NCBI GenBank assembly: GCA_963666515.2
Contig: OY762897.2
Span: forward strand, 288,001 to 352,000
Direction of reading: 5' to 3'
DNA length: 64,000 bases
Source of the DNA: Candidatus Binatia bacterium
GTDB taxonomy: Bacteria > Desulfobacterota > Binatia > UBA9968 > JAJDTQ01
Shown: in pieces, positions 9,524 to 17,826 of the stretch
Layout of the letters: every line of letters begins with the position of its first letter
Numbering within the stretch: position 1 is the first letter of the stretch
Notes under the pieces: generated by a model
Seen by the model: the letters and a program-made list of their open reading frames with translations, nothing else
What the model was told of the DNA's origin: nothing
The model's database searches: none
Program-made: the position numbers and the translations under genes

Positions 9524-10237
9524 ATGGAGACGACGAATTCGCGGCCTCGCCGAGGCGGTCGGGGCCGGCCCTGCATGAGGCGCGCCTGCGCGGTTCTTCT
9601 CGGCGCGGGCGCCGCCGCGCTCGCTTTCCTGTCGCCGGCGCAGGGCGTCCGCGCGCAAGACGCCCGGGACGTGGTCCGGGAAGTGCAGCGGCGCTACGAC
9701 GCCACCCGGGACTACAGCGCCGACTTCCGCCAGACCACCGAGTACCGCACCCTGAACCGGCGCGTCGACGGCGCCGGCCGCATCTTCTTCAGCAAGCCGG
9801 CGAAGATGCTGTGGCGCTACCGGGAGCCCGCCGGCCAGTTCGTGCTGTCCGACGGCAAGCACCTGTACTTCTATCAGCCGGCCGAACGGCAGGTCATCAA
9901 GACCGCGCTCGGCGCGGTGTTCCGCTCGGACCTGCCGCTTTCCTTCCTGCTGGGCATCGGCGACCTGGAACGCGATTTCCGGCCCGAGTCGGTGGAATCC
10001 ACCGAGGACGGACCCCGCCTCAAGCTGTCCCCCAGGAAGGCCAATACCGGCGTCCGCCAGGTCCACCTCACCGTCGATCCCGGAAACCACGACATCCGCC
10101 AGGTGCTGATCGAGGACGGGGGAGGCAACCACTGGACCTTCCGCTTCGACAACGTCCGTCGCGGCGAGCGGCTGGACCCGTCCGTCTTCGAGCTGAAGGT
10201 GCCGCAAGGCGTTGACATCGTCGAGTTCGGCTCGTAG
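9524..10237 (+). CDS. lolA: outer-membrane lipoprotein carrier protein
   Basis: Signal peptide, ADFRQ, KPAKMLWRY, SDGK, VPQGVDIV; follows ftsK. Start may be 9575. Confidence 0.85.
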   Translation: METTNSRPRRGGRGRPCMRRACAVLLGAGAAALAFLSPAQGVRAQDARDVVREVQRRYDATRDYSADFRQTTEYRTLNRRVDGAGRIFFSKPAKMLWRYREPAGQFVLSDGKHLYFYQPAERQVIKTALGAVFRSDLPLSFLLGIGDLERDFRPESVESTEDGPRLKLSPRKANTGVRQVHLTVDPGNHDIRQVLIEDGGGNHWTFRFDNVRRGERLDPSVFELKVPQGVDIVEFGS

Positions 10238-10309
10238 GGGCCGGCGCATCGGCTGGTTGACTCCGCTCCGAATTAGTGGTGAATTGACCCCCTTCCGGGA
10301 GAGACGAAC

Positions 10310-10735
10310 ATGAGGAAAGACGTACTGAAGAAGTTTCGGGAGACGCTCCTCGGAATGAAGGGGCAGCTCCTGGAGGACATACCGGATCGCCTCAAGCACG
10401 AGGTGGAGAGTTCCAAGGACGAGGGGCGCGACACCTACGATCTGGCCAGCGACGAGCGCGACCGTGAGATCAACATGATACTCAACGACCGCGAGCGAAC
10501 GAAACTGATGGCCATCGAGGACGCGCTGCTCCGGCTCGGCGAGGGTTCCTACGGCATCTGCGACGAATGCGGCGAGGAGATCGGCGTCGGCCGGCTCAAG
10601 GTGATGCCGTTCACGCGCCTGTGCGTCCGCTGCCAGGAAGAGCTGGAGAAGGAAAGCCGCATGATGAAGAGCTTCGATGACGACCGCACGCTACGCCGCC
10701 TCCCGACCACGGATACGGAGGAGGAAAGCTACTAG
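10310..10735 (+). CDS. dksA: DksA/TraR C4-type zinc finger protein
   Basis: DTYDLAS (DxxDxA), YGICDECGEEI...RL...LCVRCQ. Confidence 0.88.
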   Translation: MRKDVLKKFRETLLGMKGQLLEDIPDRLKHEVESSKDEGRDTYDLASDERDREINMILNDRERTKLMAIEDALLRLGEGSYGICDECGEEIGVGRLKVMPFTRLCVRCQEELEKESRMMKSFDDDRTLRRLPTTDTEEESY

Positions 10736-10801
10736 GGGCGGCGTCGGACCCGCCCGCGGCGCGGACGTCGCGTGACCCGGCCGGAACCCGAGGAGGACGC
10801 C

Positions 10802-11200
10802 ATGAAGTACTTCTTTTCCAAGGACGAAGCCGAAGTCGTGCGCATCGAAGGCGAGGCGCCGCGCACCCTTTACCCGTGCGTGGAGCCGGGTACGACCGGG
10901 ACCCGCCAATTCTCCATGGGCCTGCAGCAGGTCGATCCTCACAGCCGGATTCCCCTGCACTCCCACGACGAGGCCGAAGAGATCCTGTTCGTGATCGGCG
11001 GCCGCGCCACCGCCACGGTCGGCGACGAGACCGCGGAGATCACGCCGGGGTCGGTCGTCTTCATACCGCCGCGGACCAACCACGGCTTCGTCAACGACGG
11101 AGACGAGCCGCTGTGGCTGACGTGGACCTTCTCTCCCCAGGGCTTCGAGGGCTACATCCGGGGAGTCGCCGAAGGCACGGTGCAACTCAAGACGGTTTAG
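10802..11200 (+). CDS. cupin domain protein
   Basis: HSHDEAEE...GSVVFIP...HGF; GAGGAGG RBS. Confidence 0.85.
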   Translation: MKYFFSKDEAEVVRIEGEAPRTLYPCVEPGTTGTRQFSMGLQQVDPHSRIPLHSHDEAEEILFVIGGRATATVGDETAEITPGSVVFIPPRTNHGFVNDGDEPLWLTWTFSPQGFEGYIRGVAEGTVQLKTV

Positions 11201-11323
11201 CCGCAAAGCGGCGGCTTCTTCTGGCCGGCGGCTGCCGGGACGGCGCCGCCGGCACCCTCGTTCTCGAACAGGCTCGGAAGGTGTTGATCGGCCGCGGTTC
11301 GCGCGTGGCCGCGAGGAGATCCC

Positions 11324-12142
11324 ATGCTTGACGACAAGATCGGCTTCATCGGCGCCGGCAAGATGGGCAGCGCCATCATCAAGGGGGTCCTGAGGGCGGG
11401 GCTTGTGGAACCGGGCCGGATTGCCGCCAGCGATCCCGTCGAAGCCTTGGGAAAAGCGCTCGTGGAGGAGACCGGCGTTGGTTTCATGCAGGACAACGCC
11501 GTCCTCGTGGAGGCGTCGGACATCGTGGTCCTGGCGGTCAAGCCCCAGGTCATGGACGGCGTGCTGCGGGATCTCGCCGGCGTTACGCCCGGCGGCACGC
11601 TGTGGGTTTCCATCGCGGCCGGGGTGCCCATCAGCCGCATCGAGGGCCTTCTTCCCGAGGGCGAGCGCGTGGTCCGGGTCATGCCCAACACGCCTTGTCT
11701 GGTGGGTCAGGCCGCTTCGGCGTACTCGGGGGGCCGCTGGGCGAAGGGCGAGGACCTCGACAAGGTGGGCGAGATCCTTTCGAGCGTCGGGCTCGCGGTG
11801 GCGGTGGAGGAGCATCATCTCGACGCGGTGACGGCCCTGAGCGGCAGCGGCCCGGCCTACGTCTTTCTCTTCATCGAGTCGTTGACCGCGGGCGGCGTTC
11901 AGATGGGGCTCAGCCGCGACGTGGCTTTGAAGCTCGCGCTCCAGACGGTCTATGGTTCGGCCGTGATGGCCCGGGACTCGAAGGAGCACCTGGCCGAATT
12001 GAGGGACGCGGTGACCTCTCCGGCCGGGACCACGGCCGCAGGTCTTTTCGCCCTGGAGCAGGGCGCCTTTCGCGCCACCGTCATGGAAGCCGTGATCCAG
12101 GCAGCCGAGCGGTCGGAAGCCCTGGGGCGGGGGGAGCACTAG
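11324..12142 (+). CDS. proC: pyrroline-5-carboxylate reductase
   Basis: GFIGAGKMG, LAVKPQ, RVMPNTP, SGSGPAY and VTSPAGTT motifs. Confidence 0.97.
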   Translation: MLDDKIGFIGAGKMGSAIIKGVLRAGLVEPGRIAASDPVEALGKALVEETGVGFMQDNAVLVEASDIVVLAVKPQVMDGVLRDLAGVTPGGTLWVSIAAGVPISRIEGLLPEGERVVRVMPNTPCLVGQAASAYSGGRWAKGEDLDKVGEILSSVGLAVAVEEHHLDAVTALSGSGPAYVFLFIESLTAGGVQMGLSRDVALKLALQTVYGSAVMARDSKEHLAELRDAVTSPAGTTAAGLFALEQGAFRATVMEAVIQAAERSEALGRGEH

Positions 12143-12163
12143 CACCGGCGCGGAGCGGACGTC

Positions 12164-13078
12164 ATGCTCCATCACCATCCGTTCCCAAGGCGACGCATAC
12201 GGCGCCTCGCCCTGATGCTGGCGTGGCTCCTGGCCGGGCCGGCGTATGCCGATCAACACACGCCGCCCGCACCGGATGCGGAGAAGCAGGCGTTCGAGAA
12301 GATCGTGGAGGCCCGGGGGCAGGCCAGGGGCAAGCGTTATGCGGAGGCCTTGAAGCAGCTCGACGAGGCCGTCTCGCTTGCCGAGGGAGTGGAGGACAAG
12401 CTGCCGCTCGCACTGGCGCTCCACAACATCGCTGAGGTGCAACTCCTCAAGGGCGAGCCCCGGGATGCGCTGAAGGTTTACCGCCGGGCCTTGGGAATCT
12501 ATACCGAGTTGGGATACGGAGCCGGGGCCGGCATGGTGCAAAGACGCATCGGCACGCTCTCACGGCTTCTCAGCAAACCCGCGAAACCAAAGTCTCCGGT
12601 GGCGGAAAACGTCCCGCGGGCCGGCGCCGAAGAGCCGCTCTCGGCCATCGACCAGGCGGTGGAACGAGTCCGGCGGCGCAAGCTGGCCCGCGTCCGGGCC
12701 GCGCGGGAGGCGGCCGAGCCGGGGCCCGTCCGGGTCACCCGTTCCGAGCCTCTCCCCGCGGAAGACTCCGGTGAGTGGGCCTACGTCGAGTCTCTCAGGC
12801 AGAAGATCAGGGGCAATTCGAGATATCCCGACTATGCCAGGCGAACGGGCCAGGAAGGGACCGTTGATCTGGTCTTCGCGGTTCGGCGGAACGGCGAGGT
12901 CGAAAACGTGGAGTGGGTGAAGTCGTCAGGCTTCATCGTTCTGGACGTGGAAGCGCTCCGCAACGTCAGGGAGTCGGCGCCGTTCGGCGCCGTGCCCGAC
13001 GGCGCCGCGTCGAGTCCCCTGACCGTTCGTCTCACCTTCAGCTACCGGCTGCCGGCCGCGTCCGACGGCGCACCCTGA
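12164..13078 (+). CDS. TPR-repeat + TonB C-terminal domain protein
   Basis: Signal/TM segment, TPR-like ALHNIAEV..GEPRDALKVYRRAL, C-terminal YPDYARR.G.EGTV...SSG..VLD.EA. Confidence 0.75.
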   Translation: MLHHHPFPRRRIRRLALMLAWLLAGPAYADQHTPPAPDAEKQAFEKIVEARGQARGKRYAEALKQLDEAVSLAEGVEDKLPLALALHNIAEVQLLKGEPRDALKVYRRALGIYTELGYGAGAGMVQRRIGTLSRLLSKPAKPKSPVAENVPRAGAEEPLSAIDQAVERVRRRKLARVRAAREAAEPGPVRVTRSEPLPAEDSGEWAYVESLRQKIRGNSRYPDYARRTGQEGTVDLVFAVRRNGEVENVEWVKSSGFIVLDVEALRNVRESAPFGAVPDGAASSPLTVRLTFSYRLPAASDGAP

Positions 13079-13138
13079 CTCCGCCGGACGGGAACCCGGC
13101 GGCCGTTCGCCGCACTCCGTCGGCTCGTGCTCCGGCTC

Positions 13139-13942
13139 CTACGGTTTCTTGCCGGCTTCGCCGACCGTGTCGATGGTGGTGAGTTGCGCCAGCGCGAACG
13201 CATGCCCCGGATCGAGGCGGAGGGCGCGGATGTAGTTGACGTCGGCTTGCCCGTGGAAGCCAATGGCGGCCGCGTTGCGCGCCCGCAGAACATGGACCTC
13301 CGCGAGCCAGCGCGCATCGGCCGCGAGCCTCGACTCCGCCACGTCGAGAAAGCTCAAGGATTCGCGATAGTTCTGCAGGAAGTAGTGAGCCCGGGCGATG
13401 AAGTAGTGGCTGTAGGGATTGGCGAAGTCTATGTCGACGGCCTGCTCGAACCTTGCCAGCGCGGCCTTGTAGGTTTCGGCCTGCAGCAGCGTCCGGCCCT
13501 GCTGCACCAAGTTCATGGAGGCCCTTCGCTGCGGCAGGGCCGAGCCGGCGCCTGCGCCCAGCGGTGGCAATTCGTATGAGCCGTCCGGTTTCTCGAACGC
13601 CACGGCCTTGAAGTCCGTGGCGGGCGCTGTCGGAGCGGGTACGGGATTTGCCTGACGGCCGGGTTGCGGCGGGGCCGGCGCATCGGCCCGTGGCGCCGTT
13701 TGCCGGATCGCCGGCGCCGGTTCCGGACCGGGAACCGGCAACTCCTGCTCGTGAATCGTCCCCTGGCGGAACAGAGGGGACGCGGGGGCGTCTTCGCCAG
13801 TGGACCCGTCTTGCGGGAAACCCGTTCCACACGCGAGCAACACGGCAAGGAATACCGCCCCGGCGGCCACCCATGCCGACGACGCCTTCGGTTGCCGCGC
13901 CTCCTCGCACGCGCCGCCCGGTGACGAAAGGACAACATCCAT
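13139..13942 (-). CDS. exported TPR-containing protein (start uncertain)
   Basis: Hydrophobic segment ending LLACG, Pro-rich linker, TPR motifs (ALARFEQAVDID..NPYSHYFIA; YIRALRLDP). Confidence 0.65.
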   Translation of the reverse strand: MDVVLSSPGGACEEARQPKASSAWVAAGAVFLAVLLACGTGFPQDGSTGEDAPASPLFRQGTIHEQELPVPGPEPAPAIRQTAPRADAPAPPQPGRQANPVPAPTAPATDFKAVAFEKPDGSYELPPLGAGAGSALPQRRASMNLVQQGRTLLQAETYKAALARFEQAVDIDFANPYSHYFIARAHYFLQNYRESLSFLDVAESRLAADARWLAEVHVLRARNAAAIGFHGQADVNYIRALRLDPGHAFALAQLTTIDTVGEAGKKP

Positions 13943-14245
13943 CGGAACACCATCCGTCGTGTCCGCATCCACAGAGTTCTTTGAAGAGGGCATCACAGCA
14001 ATATCACCGCCAGCACCGTACCGAGGGCGAATGGAACCAGGGCCGCCGGAGGCAGGTTTCCGCTCACCGTGTCGACGACCACGAGCAACGACAGTCCGAC
14101 GAAAACGAGACCCGGATAGGTCACCAGCAATTCGATCATGGTTCAATGCCTGATCGCCCGGTTCGCCCGGAACCAGTCCACATCACCCAACGTTGCGTCT
14201 AATTGTGGGGTCCGGCCTCGGGGGTGTCAAGGAGAGGAGGATGGG

Positions 14246-14307
14246 ATGAACATCCTGTTCGTCATGTACGACCAGTTGCGTTTCGACTACCTGAGTTGCG
14301 CGGGCCA
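14246..14307 (+). pseudogene. 5' remnant of a sulfatase/phosphonate-monoester-hydrolase family gene
   Basis: GAGGAGG RBS then MNILFVMYDQLRFDYLSCAG, the conserved sulfatase N-terminus; similarity stops after about 20 codons. Confidence 0.75.
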
Positions 14308-14498
14308 GTTCGCAGGACGGCCTCGGCGGCCTGTCGGTCGATCCTGAAATCTTCAACGAATTCGTCGAGGGATACGCCGTCTTCAAGCCAGTCGAAAAGC
14401 TGTTGCACCGGTAAGCGGCTGCCACGAAAACAGGGTGTCCCGCTCATGCGGTCTGGATCGACCCAAACGGCCTCTTCGAGAGTCATGGTGTTCTTCAT
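14262..14498 (-). CDS. DUF433 domain protein (VapB45-like antitoxin type)
   Basis: VDPDRMSGTPCFRGSRLPVQQLFDWLEDGVSLDEFVEDF; the last ~13 aa are read from the antisense of the sulfatase remnant. Confidence 0.85.
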   Translation of the reverse strand: MKNTMTLEEAVWVDPDRMSGTPCFRGSRLPVQQLFDWLEDGVSLDEFVEDFRIDRQAAEAVLRTGPRNSGSRNATGRT

Positions 14499-14503
14499 CA
14501 GAC

Positions 14504-14731
14504 TTAACCATCCTCCCACAACTTCAACTCGTCCTCGGGGAACGGATCGAAGAAGCTGTCGGGTATGACGATTTGGCCCTTCAGGACGTCGGGCTGCCGT
14601 TTGCCCTTGTAGCGGACCAGTCGCGCCACAGGCTCACCCCGCCGGGCGATGATTACCTCCTCGCCTGCCTCGACCTGTGCCAACAGACGGGAAAGCTGAG
14701 TCTTGGCTTGATGGACGTTGACCACGGGCAT
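14504..14731 (-). CDS. Phd/YefM family antitoxin, copy 1
   Basis: MPVVNVHQAKTQLSRLLAQVEAGEEVIIARRGEPVARLV; own GAGGAG RBS. Confidence 0.9.
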   Translation of the reverse strand: MPVVNVHQAKTQLSRLLAQVEAGEEVIIARRGEPVARLVRYKGKRQPDVLKGQIVIPDSFFDPFPEDELKLWEDG

Positions 14732-14815
14732 GGGTCTGGTCTCCTCGATGCCTGTACAAGCTGCAAGGTCTCTATGGCCGTTTCTTCCGGCTCGGGCGTC
14801 AGCGCTTCGCCAAGC

Positions 14816-15040
14816 TCGATCCTCGATGCCATAGCGTCCCACCACATCTTCAAGCGGGAGGCTTTCGGACTTGAATGCGCGGCTCTCGCTCAGCCGCTGT
14901 TCCGCCAAGTACAAGTCTTCGAGATCCTCCAGGTGCTTGAGAATGGCTTCACGGGCGTAAAAGGTCTTGGTTCGGCCCGTCGCTTTGGCCAGTGCGTCAA
15001 GGCGGGCTTCCAGGTTGGCGGGCAATCTGATCGCGAGCAT
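14816..15040 (-). CDS. RelB/CopG-like RHH antitoxin; no stop at the expected position, so it reads through in frame into Phd (ORF ends 14504)
   Basis: MLAIRLPANLEARLDALAKATGRTKTFYAREAILKHLEDLEDLYLAE...YGIED followed by CGA. Confidence 0.8.
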
Positions 15041-15112
15041 GATCCCGGTTCCTTTCTCCGCAGCTATACGAGAATAGCGCAATACGTGAGCCAAATGCGG
15101 TTCCGGGACTCA

Positions 15113-15688
15113 TCAGTAAATGCCTTTGGAGTAGGCCTCCTGCAACAACTCCATGCTTTCCCCGGTCCATCGCCAAAGATGGGCGGCGAAAACGCCGCAG
15201 TTCGGACCCCACATGTCACCTGTCCGGTGAAGCTTCAGTTGATCCACGCCTGCCGACGGATACGCCTCGGCCAGTTCTCCATGGAGTTCCGGGCTCGGAT
15301 CGTTGAAATAGCCCCAGTAGTGGATATGAAACTTGAAGAACTCATCACGGTGCTTCTCTTCCCAATGCTCGAATTCTTCACGTAGCAGGTAAACGAAGTC
15401 CTCCGGCGATTCTCCCATAATGTCTTTGGCTGCGGCGATGCCCGGCGGTGTGGTCGTGAACACGACGATGGGCTTCGGATCGAAATGGAAGACCCTCAGC
15501 GTATGGCGTTGTTCCAAGATGTTGCGAACGCGTCGGTCGAACCAATCCATCAAGTGACCGCCAATGATGCGGCGCTGCCAGTCCTCTTCCGAATCCTCTG
15601 CCAAGTCTTCCGCATCCTTGAGGGGATGGTCTTTGCGCTGCCTCTTGGCAAATGACAGGAGTTCGTCCTTGTACTCTTGTAGTTTCAT
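15113..15688 (-). CDS. hypothetical protein (191 aa)
   Basis: Protein-like composition, co-oriented, fills the gap between antitoxin genes; no family recognised. Confidence 0.65.
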   Translation of the reverse strand: MKLQEYKDELLSFAKRQRKDHPLKDAEDLAEDSEEDWQRRIIGGHLMDWFDRRVRNILEQRHTLRVFHFDPKPIVVFTTTPPGIAAAKDIMGESPEDFVYLLREEFEHWEEKHRDEFFKFHIHYWGYFNDPSPELHGELAEAYPSAGVDQLKLHRTGDMWGPNCGVFAAHLWRWTGESMELLQEAYSKGIY

Positions 15689-15713
15689 CGGGGCTCCGAA
15701 AGTCAACCGCCAC

Positions 15714-15965
15714 CTACCGTCCATCCGTTGAGTGGCCGCCTTCCCAAGCTGCCAATTCGGCCTCCGGCAGTGGGTCGAGGATGCTGTCGTCTACAACGAT
15801 TTTCCCTCTCATGGCACCAAACTGCCTCTTGCCCCATGTCTGGTAGCGGACGAGCCGCGCCACGGGTTGGCCCCGCCGGGCGATGACCACCTCCTCGCCT
15901 GCCTCGACCTGCGCCAAAAGGCGAGAAAGCTGACTCTTGGCTTCATGGACATTGACCACAGGCAT
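15714..15965 (-). CDS. Phd/YefM family antitoxin, copy 2
   Basis: MPVVNVHEAKSQLSRLLAQVEAGEEVVIARRGQPVARLV; close paralogue of 14504-14731. Confidence 0.9.
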   Translation of the reverse strand: MPVVNVHEAKSQLSRLLAQVEAGEEVVIARRGQPVARLVRYQTWGKRQFGAMRGKIVVDDSILDPLPEAELAAWEGGHSTDGR

Positions 15966-16054
15966 GGGTTTGGTCTCTTTGGAAGACGAGGATACGCTGG
16001 GCAGCTTACCAGGCAAATGTCATGACCACCGCGAATCGGACCGGTAGCCCAAGT

Positions 16055-16231
16055 TTAACCCTCCAACGCCGGTTCACCGTCGTCGAGAAGCATGGTGATG
16101 ACCTCCTTGAGGTTGTCATTGAGTTCCTCAAGGGTCTCCCCTTGGCTGTGTGCTCCCGGAAACCTGGGGATGTACCCGACATAGAGGTGTGTATCGGGGC
16201 AGCGTTCGATAATGGTGGTGTAACTGCGCAT
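16055..16231 (-). CDS. short HicB-family antitoxin (58 aa, probably C-terminally clipped); below the ORF-track cutoff
   Basis: Manual translation: MRSYTTIIERCPDTHLYVGYIPRFPGAHSQGETLEELNDNLKEVITMLLDDGEPALEG*. Confidence 0.8.
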   Translation of the reverse strand: MRSYTTIIERCPDTHLYVGYIPRFPGAHSQGETLEELNDNLKEVITMLLDDGEPALEG

Positions 16232-16262
16232 GGGTTACGTCTCGTCCCGGTGATCGGGCATG

Positions 16263-16302
16263 TTGCACTACTCTTGCACTACTCGACGGTTCTACCGTCG
16301 AG
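16263..16302. promoter_or_regulatory. possible operator upstream of hicB
   Basis: TTGCACTACTC x2 in tandem, overlapping the inverted repeat CTCGACGGT-tct-ACCGTCGAG. Confidence 0.4.
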
Positions 16303-16668
16303 GATAGAGCCGGAGTCAATTGTGGTCAAGCGTCCGAATCGCCTCACAACAAAGGAGGTCTGCTGGCGCACGGATAGGCCGGGATTTGGTATACACTCCA
16401 GAATGGGACAATTGACTGAAGTTCAGGCTCGCGTCCTGCACGTCGTGCGAGGTCGCCCCGGTGAGTCGCAAATCACTCTCGTGTTGGCGTGTTGGCCCCG
16501 AATTTGCGTTGATGAAAACAGGGACTGTATGATCCAATAATCTGGAGGAATGAAGGCATGGGAATGACCTACGTTGACGGCATTGCTCGGGGCGCCGAAG
16601 GACAAGAGCGGGCGGTCCGCATGGCCGTCGAGTTGCGGCGAGTTCCCTGCTGTACGATCCCGATGCCA

Positions 16669-16699
16669 GGTTGACAGAAGATAGCGGTTGACATATGGT
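16669..16699 (+). promoter_or_regulatory. sigma70 promoter of the Xre-RES operon with direct repeats
   Basis: TTGACA(16671)-N17-TATGGT; GGTTGACA at 16669 and 16686. Confidence 0.65.
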
Positions 16700-16719
16700 T
16701 GCCTTGGAAGGGGGCGCGC

Positions 16720-17169
16720 ATGAATACGGAGACGGCGGCGCAGGGGCTGGAACCCGAAGAGACGGCTGAACGGCTTTTCACTGAGCACGGCCAGGACGGC
16801 GTCTGGCTCGATCGCTTCACCGAGTGCCTCGCGGGTCGCCGCGCCGGCGCGTCCCTCGCGCGTACCATTGAGGTATGGGACTTGAGCCAGGCGGCGGCGG
16901 CGCGGCGTTTCCACGTGAGCCGTCAGGCGTTCGCGAAGTGGTTGCGTCAGGGTGCGCCCGCGGAGCGTGCGACGGCAGTCGCCGATCTGGCTGCCGCCAC
17001 CGATCTGCTGGTGCGCCACCTCAAGCGCGACCGTATTCCCGCGGTGGTGCGCCGGCCGATCCCGGCGCTTGGCGGGGTTTCCTTGATGGGCCTGCTGGAG
17101 CGTGGAGATACGCGCGAGCTGCTCGCGGTTTGCCGGGAGATGTTCCGGTTCGAGCGCGCCCAGGGCTGA
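16720..17169 (+). CDS. Xre/MbcA/ParS-like antitoxin
   Basis: HTH LSQAAAARRFHVSRQAFAKW and C-terminal RRPIPALGGVSLMGLL; directly upstream of a RES gene. Confidence 0.75.
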   Translation: MNTETAAQGLEPEETAERLFTEHGQDGVWLDRFTECLAGRRAGASLARTIEVWDLSQAAAARRFHVSRQAFAKWLRQGAPAERATAVADLAAATDLLVRHLKRDRIPAVVRRPIPALGGVSLMGLLERGDTRELLAVCREMFRFERAQG

Positions 17170-17171
17170 CC

Positions 17172-17714
17172 GTGGAGTTGCTGTACGAGACGGTCCCTGA
17201 CGGCCACGTGTGGTGGCGGATCGCCGATCAGGCGTGGGTTGATCCGCTCGACCCGGGCTTCGCCAGGGAGGTGGGCGGACGCTGGAACCCGCCGGACAGC
17301 TTCCCGACGCTCTATCTCAATGAAGACATGGTGACAGCGCGGTTGAATCTTCGTGCTTTCATCGCAGGCTGGCCGTACGGACCGGAAGACCTCCGGGAGG
17401 ACACCGGGCCGGTTCTGGTCGGCTGCAGGTTGCCGCGCCGCCAAGTGGTCTGTGACGTACACACCCCGGCGGGCGTCCACGCCGCCGGCATGCCCGCCAC
17501 CTATCCGTTGGATGAAGACGGTACGCTGGTGCCGCACAACCGTTGTCAACCCGTTGGAGCGCGCGCCAAGGCCTTGGGTCTGCGCGGAGTCCGGTCCCGA
17601 TCGGCGCAGGCCCGCGACGGCGCAGGGCGCCAACTGGCGTGGTTTCCCGCCTCGGCCCGCAGCATCGCCCGACGGGTCAGGATGTTGCCTTTCGCGACAT
17701 GGTTTTGGGGGTAG
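17172..17714 (+). CDS. RES domain toxin
   Basis: WWRI, GGRWNPP..FPTLY, GLRGVRSRSA, QLAWF. Confidence 0.8.
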   Translation: MELLYETVPDGHVWWRIADQAWVDPLDPGFAREVGGRWNPPDSFPTLYLNEDMVTARLNLRAFIAGWPYGPEDLREDTGPVLVGCRLPRRQVVCDVHTPAGVHAAGMPATYPLDEDGTLVPHNRCQPVGARAKALGLRGVRSRSAQARDGAGRQLAWFPASARSIARRVRMLPFATWFWG

Positions 17715-17826
17715 CCGCGAAGCGTCTTGGTAAGGATCGGCTGCGTCCTCAGACGGGAGCCCCGTTGGCGGCGGTTGGGGCGCAGGTTCCCAGGGAGCTT
17801 GGCACTTTCGAGTGCGGAGAACCAGG

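Noticed and set aside
10234-10254. GTAGGGGCCG... after lolA as a GTAG REP
   Set aside because: Only a 4-bp stem; not convincing.
14262-16231. Integron cassette array
   Set aside because: No repeated attC-like inverted structure between the genes could be found, and there is no integrase in the window.
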